From: Blastocatellia bacterium
Lineage (GTDB): Bacteria; Acidobacteriota; Blastocatellia; UBA7656
Length of the DNA stretch: 24,000 bases
Assembly: GCA_035248905.1 (NCBI GenBank)
Contig: DATFGX010000006.1
Coordinates: 85,696 to 109,695, forward strand
Direction: 5' to 3'
The notes under the pieces are model-generated. The model worked only from the letters and a program-made list of their open reading frames with translations, was not told where the DNA came from and ran no database searches. The translations under genes and the position numbers were made by a program. Below are positions 18,401 to 24,000 of this stretch, piece by piece (within the stretch, counting starts at the first letter, position 1; each line of letters opens with the position of its first letter).

Positions 18401-20250
18401 CGCTGGTGCGCGACATCGCCAACCGCGCGCGCGGCGACGCGAAGCTCGCGAATGATGTGGCGACGTTCTTCCACACGACGATCACAGAGCTTGGCAATAA
18501 TACGTCGATCGGCCAACTGCTAATCGATGAGAACTTGCTGCCGGAAGCGGCGCAGGCCAGCATCTACCGCGCGCTTCATCAGCGGTTGAGCGATCACGCG
18601 GCAGCGACTTTCGGCACCAGTGGCGACGAGAGCAGCCAGGCGGCGCGCGAGCTGGGCGACTTCCGCCGCAAGTTCATCGATTACATGATTCGCAACCGTC
18701 AGTTCGATGAGGCGCGGCTGCTCGTGGCGACGATCAAGCATGAGCTTTCGGACGCGCGGCTCGCGCTCAAAGCCGACGGTGGCGATGACAGCGGCGCGAC
18801 CGAAGCCGAAGCCCGTTACAACTGGCTGCCGCTGGCGTCGGCGCTCATTGAGCTGCGCAGCGGCAAAGACACGGCGAAGGCCATCGCCGAGCTGCGGTCG
18901 TATTGCGGCCTCGACAGCGAAGGCAAGCCTTCGGATGTCGCGCAAGAGGACGGCAGTCATGTTCACGGCGAATGCATCAACGCGTACAACCTGCTGCTTG
19001 CCGAAGGCCGCGAAGCCGACGCCGACGCGCTGCTCTATGATGCCTACCGCGTCGCCGCGCGGTCGCGCACGATGGACGAAGGCAGTCTCGCGGGGCTTGC
19101 CGAGATCGAAGCGCGGCGCAATCACGCCGAAGAAGCATCGCGCTGGCTGCGCTTGCTGGTCGAAGGCTCGACCGACAACCTGCGCGCTTTGCAACTGGCC
19201 GCAGAGACCGCGGCGCGCATCGCACATTACAGCGAAGCCATCGATTTCCGCGAGCAACTGGCGCGCGCCAACCCCGACGACGCGACCAATCGGCTTGAGC
19301 TGGCACGAGTCATCGCGGCATCCGGCAAAGCCGGTGACGCGCTCGAACGGATTGCGACGTTGATTACAGAAACCGGAACGCCGAACCGCGTCCGCGCGCA
19401 GGCGGCTGAAACGGTCGCCGACCTGGTGCGTGCGGACCGTTCATTGGCCGCGCGCGCCGCTTCGTTGTTCGAAGCGAAGGCCGCGCAGGGCGACGCCGGC
19501 GCATTGCTGGCGCTGGCGGCGGCGCGTGAAGCGGCGGGCAATGCGAATGAAGCGCGTGCCGCACTTTCGCGCATCACCGCAGGGTCGCTTGCGGCGGTGG
19601 CGCAATTGAAGCTCGGCAACCTCGCGCTCACCGCGGGCAATCAGGCCGAAGCCGCAGCCAGCTTCGAGCGCTCGCTCTATCTCGACGCTGACGGCGAAGT
19701 GACCGACGCAATTGCTTACGCGGTGGCCGGGCCGCGCGCCCAACTGATCGCGCTCTACAGCCGCACGTCGCGCGATCTGGCGGCGGTGCGATTGGCTGAA
19801 GAGGGCGGGGATTCCGACAGCGAACAGAACAAGCACGCGCTGTTGAGTTCAGCCGTTCGGCGAGCGTTGACGACTCAGAGCACGGAAACGAACAACGCCG
19901 AAGTCGAAGTCTCCTTCCAGCCGTCAATGGACGTGGCGCGGGCGCGCAGCCGTGGTCTGCGCACGGTCGCCGAGCTGAACGACGCGGCGGTTGCCAAGCT
20001 GCGGGTCGATCTGGTCGCGGCGCTCGTCGAGTCGGCGGCGCGGCTGGGCCAGTTGGATCGCGCCATCGCGCTCGAACGGCTGCGCGCCATCGAAGCGCGC
20101 AAGCCCGACGAGAAGACGGCGATTGAAAAACGGCTCGCCGAATTGCTGGCCGCCGAGCAGGCGCGGCAGTCGCGCGCCGCGCAGCTCTTGCGCGTTGACG
20201 CGCAGAACACCTCGGGCGCGATCTTTACGGCGCGGGTGATCGGAAGGTAG
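12481..20250 (+). CDS. Giant secreted/periplasmic TPR-repeat protein (about 2,589 aa)
   Basis: N-terminal signal/TM (MRKRIFSAVVIVLCVASVTVATLVAQ), then many TPR-like blocks such as LVLGRIYERRGNLAGATEQFRNAVTNEPERADFRLTLANLLTRQRRYDDAIAVLREG. The track ORF starts at TTG 12457; ATG 12481 fits the signal peptide better. Confidence 0.82.
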   Translation: MRKRIFSAVVIVLCVASVTVATLVAQRAAQRAKTTTPSAAGGQTAKGKTPANRNAAVTPTPLRQADPNRAPQAAVDEALYTREEFFGTQASVARPYAVALERVGGLLTQYPKDARLHLHAARLSERLGQFDKAATEMAQYADLRRRSPDALRRLAVFYHNRARFADEVKTLAELARALPVTDRAPIYKQAAGLVRSYSLKEYKPADFFAELVAADPSNIQPVKDYVEELELAEDHKAALDVLTTFQPKFSGQLAYFLKTRAAILEAQGDRRAAEQIYDAAFDPTWPRAISGDYYELLRRFGRYRTVRRALQERARTASDLNTVARLFSIYSYEGNFEPASRLLRDLEARRTGVTASWTGRELETVAALFASVGDFDQASRYLYTLYLTGGLQAGSASREEALHRLFRVMLDAAGTPTRVAAGDLSLYKDVAQVDAHPGFMNGVLSLILSGTDPASEFATQEKAAASYFNRAFAYRIFTAFKQEYAQSQYLADMYLGVTEVFAGLGEHRLAIAAGREFQQLYPNSPRYSEVSLRIADAYVALKDRASERAVLDGLLDRLARSRPKGQPLIASSSKRWTYGISPVFDKLVDRIRYNIEAYSDTYDPTEDSSATNSNDNDSDVDSDEPTSFGNENDKRGPTYSSVLERYVASLAADDKKTETVAFFWNEIRKHPGEEGLYERFLRWLGSAELVNEQLKAYNTAIRQFDSNTWYHRLARWYVRQKRGRELQRYSRQLISIFDEEDITEFLLRFAGYGATAAGDSLNWDQKLAFDLYSYAHQRFPQNLYFVRGMLTYLANNKDFVQWAQLSAQYYFADRSIREPFLAYLSGSNELRNRYATAKSKGATATNQPATEPPNTYRIFAADAALWLSHHDEAIDAYRQLAVLYPGEAQYADRLADLTRSFGQRSDKLYEESAQVLAHMADLYPSNHSYRIKAGEVYAELGDFKRAGAEWNKLTALEPGERNTYLEVATVFWDYYQFDEAIRIFKELRQQTGDPTIYAYRMGAVYEGKGDIDAAIAEYVKVLPEPGDGRDTVAKRLAQLSRRTGLADKIAAAYNQARVAKPDDWQLVIGYALYNAEREHQAEALAGLRTEVSRSTNVEFLESVRDLFQYILRPEDEQQVITRLTQVARDEREAMTYRLQLAAFLERHNQVDEAIKNIDKLVADYPTNVGVVEESAQFYWRAGLLDRALDLYKRTLARAQGPNRRLLTLQYARRLSEANKLADAEATLRAFYNENRSDTEVFSELARTLGAENKMNDLATLYQDAFKDVKDSGLTGDDAKAQVAELRLGLIRTYTALNKFAEAVDQHIEIINLFPEDAERLATAYEYAEAHNLLDRLTAYYEKLTKDSYKNYRWQLVLGRIYERRGNLAGATEQFRNAVTNEPERADFRLTLANLLTRQRRYDDAIAVLREGWRLAGRDPSWLTEVARIQVLQGKREEAVQTLRQALASKKETKVTDQIAVAQRLASWGLYAEAVRIYETALAAYPKVMKDEYLGGDAISGYVQALVRTQPVAQVYQKLERMRAQYAAIGDNSSDTDGYRAKNVVQYLDSSLRAEFARGVIDYAGSQDAAAVAQAIVNATAKMTAYTDADALRRYLGIARAANLVDVEEKLQTRLKDAAYAARPKNAPQPTREDTSFYNELRALVAFYDRHAAYAKAAEVLSAEAKRDPYKDRFDYQNQIATQYRLAGDTPHEMESLRVAYQSVSGAEVTTNADWVERYLNLLYAANQRDELERIAATNNPYQLQVINFFIEKNDKALARRAINSATHSTAWKASRSGEVGLFARDTSAETEGFFKSALDIKTIGNMLNRKVDGDTTLLGDDWFVAARNYGYWLGLTPQRSKESLDFIAGEIEGHPSSEKAQLELAAYYLDHKDLTRAAAHTELAAELAPASTDVIITRGLIAMARGDRKAAVEQWNRLLSGRVSVADAQTYLKLMADNNMLREALPPLENFIVSFVNYATRRKNSDGDTSGLDPLVRDIANRARGDAKLANDVATFFHTTITELGNNTSIGQLLIDENLLPEAAQASIYRALHQRLSDHAAATFGTSGDESSQAARELGDFRRKFIDYMIRNRQFDEARLLVATIKHELSDARLALKADGGDDSGATEAEARYNWLPLASALIELRSGKDTAKAIAELRSYCGLDSEGKPSDVAQEDGSHVHGECINAYNLLLAEGREADADALLYDAYRVAARSRTMDEGSLAGLAEIEARRNHAEEASRWLRLLVEGSTDNLRALQLAAETAARIAHYSEAIDFREQLARANPDDATNRLELARVIAASGKAGDALERIATLITETGTPNRVRAQAAETVADLVRADRSLAARAASLFEAKAAQGDAGALLALAAAREAAGNANEARAALSRITAGSLAAVAQLKLGNLALTAGNQAEAAASFERSLYLDADGEVTDAIAYAVAGPRAQLIALYSRTSRDLAAVRLAEEGGDSDSEQNKHALLSSAVRRALTTQSTETNNAEVEVSFQPSMDVARARSRGLRTVAELNDAAVAKLRVDLVAALVESAARLGQLDRAIALERLRAIEARKPDEKTAIEKRLAELLAAEQARQSRAAQLLRVDAQNTSGAIFTARVIGR

Positions 20251-20256
20251 AAGGTA

Positions 20257-22134
20257 ATGGTTATGAAAATTACAAGAGCGTTAGCCGGTCTCATCCTTGT
20301 CGTCGCGGCACTCTGGCACGCGTCAGACGGCCAGCCGCAGCGGCCTTTGAGTGAACAGCTCCGGCTGGCCGGGGCGCTGCCGCGCGGCGCGCTGGTCTAC
20401 CTGCAGGCGCGCGACCTCTCGGCGCTGATGAAGGCGTGGATGGCTTCGACCGTGCGCAATAAATTTTACGCCAGCGCGAGCTACACAGCCTTCACCAAGT
20501 CGCGCGTCTATCTGAAGTTTCAGGATCGCCGCGGCGACTTCGCAAAGGCGCTCGGCTTCGACATTGACGAAGACCGCTTGACCGAGCTGGCGGGCGGCGC
20601 GTCGGCGGTGGCGGTCTACGACATAGGCAAGCTCGACATGGCGTTCGTCACCGAGCTGCCGCGCGAGCGCGCCTTGCTGACGACGATGTTCAAACAGCTC
20701 GCGCAGTTTCAGGAGCGCAACTCGGACGGCGGCATCTACTACGCCAAAGACGTGCAGACTGACGGCGGCAGGCTGAGCCAGCAGTTCTGTTTCGCGCATG
20801 CCGGCGGCAAGCTGATCGTGACGACGAGCGAGAGCCTGATGATTCGCGCGCTCGCCAGCGTCAAGAGCAATGGCGCGGACTCATTGCTCAATGATGTGAT
20901 GGCGCTGGCCGATCAAGCCAAAGGTTTTGCGACGCATGACCTGACGATCTGGCTCGACCAGGCGCGCTTGAATCGTGATCGTTTATTCAACAGCTACTGG
21001 ATTCATCAGAACGTCGGCAAAGAGTTGAACGGCATTGAAAGCGGTTTGCTCGACCTGCGCATCACGGTGCAGGGCTTGACCGAGCAGCGCTATTTCAAGA
21101 TGGCCGCCGGGCAGAAAGCGACTCAGGAGGCCGGCACGCTGAAAGGCGCAGACGTGGCGGCGCTGTTGAAGTTCGCGCCCGCTGACGCACAGCTCGTCGA
21201 GGTTCATCCGCAGACTAAGGCCGAAGGCCTTGCCGACACCGTCGCCAACGCGCTCTTCGGCCAACTGCCGACTGCCGAGCCGACACGCCCAGACGTGTCG
21301 CGCTCGAACAACGATTCGAATGAGGCGAATCCTTTTCCCGGCGGGCGCACCGAGCGTTACAGCCAGCTCGACGCGCGCTTTGACGTGGACGTGGATGACG
21401 AGCAGGCGCCGCCGCGCGGCAACGCGCCGTCCCGCAAACCGAAAGCAGAAACGGCGGCGCCAACCGCGCCGACTTCGTTCGTCGCTGCAATCACCAAGCT
21501 CGCGCCGGTGGCGGTGTGCGAGATGACGCGCTCGAAGGCCGACCCCGACCGGCCCTTCGTTCACTTCGAGCGCGCCGTCGTCGTCGAGATGAAGAGTGAA
21601 GCGGCGCTCGACCGCGCGGCGCTCGACCGCGCTATCGTCGAAGAGATGCGTGCGCGCTTTGTCGTCGCCGGTGTAGACCCGCGCTTCGGCTGGCAGGACG
21701 ACGCAGGCGTGCGCGTGCTCGGCCAGTCGCTGCTTGAGAAGGGCGCGGCCTACACGGTCGCTGGTAAATATCTGGTGCTCGCGTCAAGCAAGCAATTCGC
21801 GGCGGACATCGCGCAGGCCGCCGCTGCCGCCGCCGAAGCGCCGCGCGTTGACGGCACGGTCAGCTTCTACGCGCTGGTGCGCATCGCCGAAGCGAAGCCT
21901 GTGTTTGATAAGCTGATGGCCAAGCTCGACGGCAAGGTCGCCGAGCCGCCTGCGCCGAAAGTCAAGAAGGCCGATCAAGAAGAAGAGTCGAGCGACGACG
22001 AGAGCGCCAACAACATCAAGTTCTTCAGCGACAACGTGTCGAGCCTGGTGTCTGCGTCAACGATCCGCAACGTGCGCTTGCGCCGCGAAGCGAGCGGTCA
22101 GTTGGTCAGTGAGCAATTAGTGTATTCGTTTTAA
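20257..22134 (+). CDS. Secreted hypothetical protein, DUF3352-like
   Basis: 625-aa ORF starting 6 nt after the stop of the TPR gene. Signal peptide (ALAGLILVVAALWHAS) and LPRGALVYLQARDLSALMKAW, similar in layout to the 4125-5900 protein. Acidic linkers are present in the C-terminal half. Confidence 0.6.
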   Translation: MVMKITRALAGLILVVAALWHASDGQPQRPLSEQLRLAGALPRGALVYLQARDLSALMKAWMASTVRNKFYASASYTAFTKSRVYLKFQDRRGDFAKALGFDIDEDRLTELAGGASAVAVYDIGKLDMAFVTELPRERALLTTMFKQLAQFQERNSDGGIYYAKDVQTDGGRLSQQFCFAHAGGKLIVTTSESLMIRALASVKSNGADSLLNDVMALADQAKGFATHDLTIWLDQARLNRDRLFNSYWIHQNVGKELNGIESGLLDLRITVQGLTEQRYFKMAAGQKATQEAGTLKGADVAALLKFAPADAQLVEVHPQTKAEGLADTVANALFGQLPTAEPTRPDVSRSNNDSNEANPFPGGRTERYSQLDARFDVDVDDEQAPPRGNAPSRKPKAETAAPTAPTSFVAAITKLAPVAVCEMTRSKADPDRPFVHFERAVVVEMKSEAALDRAALDRAIVEEMRARFVVAGVDPRFGWQDDAGVRVLGQSLLEKGAAYTVAGKYLVLASSKQFAADIAQAAAAAAEAPRVDGTVSFYALVRIAEAKPVFDKLMAKLDGKVAEPPAPKVKKADQEEESSDDESANNIKFFSDNVSSLVSASTIRNVRLRREASGQLVSEQLVYSF

Positions 22135-22158
22135 TCAAATGTGAATTGATGGAAAGCA

Positions 22159-22259
22159 GATGTAGGGGCAGGGCTTGTCCCTGCCCGGATGGCGCGCAGC
22201 GCCATGACTGTTCATCGCCTGTCGGCGATTCGGGCAGGGACAAGCCCTGCCCCTACATC
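22159..22259. repeat. BIME-like composite palindrome: perfect 29-bp inverted arms enclosing two further perfect hairpins
   Basis: GATGTAGGGGCAGGGCTTGTCCCTGCCCG (22159-22187) and its exact reverse complement (22231-22259). Inner hairpins are TGGCGC-GCA-GCGCCA (22190-22204) and ATCGCC-TGTC-GGCGAT (22214-22229). Confidence 0.88.
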
Positions 22260-22371
22260 GATCCGCAAAGCAACGCGGATCACAAACTGCCTACGGCTTC
22301 CTGCTTCCGCTTGTCGCGCGGCGGCGGGGCTGGTATTTTTCTTGCTCATTCATTCAATAAAAGAGGGGTTG

Positions 22372-22791
22372 ATGCGGAAGGTACTGGCTCTCATTTTGTT
22401 TGCGTGTTTCATCGCGGGCTGCGCGCTGCTGTCGCACGAGGCGCCGCCCGAAGATATTGACAAAGCCACGGCGCTGTTCGTGCAACGCCTGAACGCCGCG
22501 CAGTACGACGCCATCTATAAAGACACTGCCAAGAAGTTCAAAGAGAACCAGACGAAGGAAACCATCCTCGGCAGCCTGAAAGAGCTGACCGCTAAAGGCC
22601 GACTGAAAGAATACCGGCGCGTTCGGATGACCTACGAGGGCGAGGGCAAAGAGCGCATCGCCTCGCCCATCTACGGCGCCGTCTTCGAGCAAGCGGCTGG
22701 CGACTTGACGCTGAACTTCATTGACGAAGGCGGCGAGTGGAAATTGATCGGCTTCGCCTTCAAGCTGCGCGGGCAGGCGCCGGGCGCGTGA
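22372..22791 (+). CDS. Small lipoprotein, DUF4019/NTF2-like fold suspected
   Basis: SD AGAGGGG, MRKVLALILFACFIAGC lipobox, and QRLNAAQYDAIYKDTAKKFKENQTKETILGSLKEL...GEWKLIGFAFK. The upstream part of the track ORF (22189-22371) overlaps the repeat and is probably not coding. Confidence 0.7.
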   Translation: MRKVLALILFACFIAGCALLSHEAPPEDIDKATALFVQRLNAAQYDAIYKDTAKKFKENQTKETILGSLKELTAKGRLKEYRRVRMTYEGEGKERIASPIYGAVFEQAAGDLTLNFIDEGGEWKLIGFAFKLRGQAPGA

Positions 22792-22915
22792 ATGGGAGGC
22801 CCGTCGGGACTGCCCGACATTCGTGTCACCCCTCGATTAATTTTGTTGAACGTCTTTCGACGCGCTCGCCGAGCGTTGTCCTGACCCGTGCAACCAGACG
22901 GAACCCGGAGGCTTT

Positions 22916-24000
22916 ATGAACCGTGGATTGCTTGTGTCGCTCATCGCCGTCATGCTCTTTGCGCTGACGGCAATCGTCGCCGCCGATTTTTCAACCGCAG
23001 ACGACAACATCCGCCCGACGGCGAAGACGCTGGCCGCAAGCCGCAGCGCGATGAGGACCGACGCCCGCGCCTACCGCAGTCCGGGCCGTTTACGAAAAGT
23101 AATCATCGATGCGAACGATGCCGATGCCCTGGCGCGCGCCGCGGCGAGCGGCGCAACCATTGTTGCCGATTACGGCTCGTTTAAGCTCTTCGTGATGGAC
23201 AACGACGCACTCAACATCGCGGAGATCGAGCGCCGCGCCGACACGGCGACGGAGCAGGGCGCGCCGCGTCCGTTCACCGTGCGCGACGATTTCAACCTGC
23301 TGTTGTTGCGCGCCGGCGCGATTGATACGACGGAGGCGAGCGCGCCCGGTCGCTTCGTCGGCCTCGGCGGCGCGTCAGCAATGTCTGCGCAGTCTGCCAC
23401 GCCGCGCGCGCCCGCGAGCGACGACGCTTCACCGCTGCGCCTGATTCAATTCGTCGGCCCGGTCAAAAGCGAGTGGCTGCGGGCGCTGCGGGCGAGCGGC
23501 CTTGAGCCGATTGCCTACGTGCCGAACAACGCCTATCTGGTGCGCGGCAGCGCTACGGCGACCGCCAGCCTGATGCGCGCCGCGGCGCACGAGCAATTCG
23601 TCCAGTGGGAAGGGCCTTTCGCCGACGACTACAAGATTCACCCGCGCCTCAAAGAGATGATGCGCGAGCAGGCGGATGCCGTCGTCAACATCGCCGTGCA
23701 GATCGCCACGGATGCGAACGCGCAAGACGCGGCTACAGCCGCCGACGTGAAAGCCGCGCGCCGGCTCGCCTCCGCCGTGCGGCTCGACGCGCACCCGGTC
23801 TTGAACTTCATCAACATGCGCTTGACCGTCAGTGCGAGCAAGATTACAGAGCTTGCGGCGCTCGCGGGCGTTGTCAACATCGAGCCGTGGAGCGAGCCGC
23901 AACTCTTCGACGAGCGCGCGGCGCAGGTCGTCGCAGGGCAACTGGCAAGCGATTTCAAAGCTCCGACCGGGCCGGGCTACATGAACTGGCTGCAAGCGCA
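22916..24000 (+). CDS. Secreted protein, probable N-terminal part of an S8 (subtilisin-like) peptidase; 3' partial
   Basis: Strong SD (GGAGG) before ATG 22916, signal peptide MNRGLLVSLIAVMLFALTAIVAA, and no stop in frame to the window end. The tail SEPQLFDERAAQVVAGQLASDFKAPTGPGYMNWLQA resembles the region before the catalytic domain in secreted S8 peptidases. The frame is absent from the ORF track because it has no stop in the window. Confidence 0.6.
   Translation, partial: MNRGLLVSLIAVMLFALTAIVAADFSTADDNIRPTAKTLAASRSAMRTDARAYRSPGRLRKVIIDANDADALARAAASGATIVADYGSFKLFVMDNDALNIAEIERRADTATEQGAPRPFTVRDDFNLLLLRAGAIDTTEASAPGRFVGLGGASAMSAQSATPRAPASDDASPLRLIQFVGPVKSEWLRALRASGLEPIAYVPNNAYLVRGSATATASLMRAAAHEQFVQWEGPFADDYKIHPRLKEMMREQADAVVNIAVQIATDANAQDAATAADVKAARRLASAVRLDAHPVLNFINMRLTVSASKITELAALAGVVNIEPWSEPQLFDERAAQVVAGQLASDFKAPTGPGYMNWLQA

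Noticed and set aside
17308-18516. 402-aa minus-strand ORF
   Set aside because: Same shadow-ORF pattern inside the TPR gene.
22189-22371. 5' extension of the lipoprotein ORF
   Set aside because: It translates the palindromic repeat and low-information sequence. The SD plus lipobox start at 22372 is far more convincing.
22803-22818. Hairpin GTCGGG-ACTG-CCCGAC after the lipoprotein gene as an intrinsic terminator
   Set aside because: Only a 6-bp stem and no T-run follows. Could be chance in GC-rich DNA.
23429-23995. 188-aa minus-strand ORF at the window end
   Set aside because: Antisense to the continuous signal-peptide-bearing frame from 22916. No motif recognised.
1-24000. CRISPR, toxin-antitoxin, restriction-modification or other known defence modules
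   Set aside because: No regularly spaced repeats and no recognisable nuclease, Cas, toxin or retron-type proteins in any substantial frame.

Overview
This is a 24 kb, GC-rich bacterial window, possibly Acidobacteriota-like (inference only). The annotated genes are:
- an RpoD-type sigma factor, open at the 5' edge;
- an O-methyltransferase-like SAM-dependent enzyme;
- a divergent pair: a minus-strand zinc-ribbon protein and a plus-strand DUF3352-like envelope protein;
- pgsA on the minus strand;
- a same-strand run of large envelope or secreted proteins: membrane-anchored beta-propeller, VIT+VWA protein, about 2,589-aa TPR protein, second DUF3352-like protein, small lipoprotein;
- the N-terminal part of a probable S8-peptidase-type secreted protein, running off the 3' edge.
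A small HUH (IS200/REP-associated, RAYT-like) transposase sits inside the run. It is flanked by about 60-nt imperfect inverted repeats built of REP-like hairpins. Further GTAG-initiated hairpin elements occur at 3024-3049 and 22159-22259; the latter is a perfect 29-bp inverted repeat enclosing two further perfect hairpins. Other non-coding signals are three TTTAAT-core repeats at exact 11-bp spacing upstream of the methyltransferase, a candidate extended -10 promoter, and a probable decayed C-terminal gene remnant. No tRNA, rRNA, CRISPR array or recognisable defence system was seen. The best candidates for something undescribed are the REP/transposase set and the envelope-protein cluster with the giant TPR protein.
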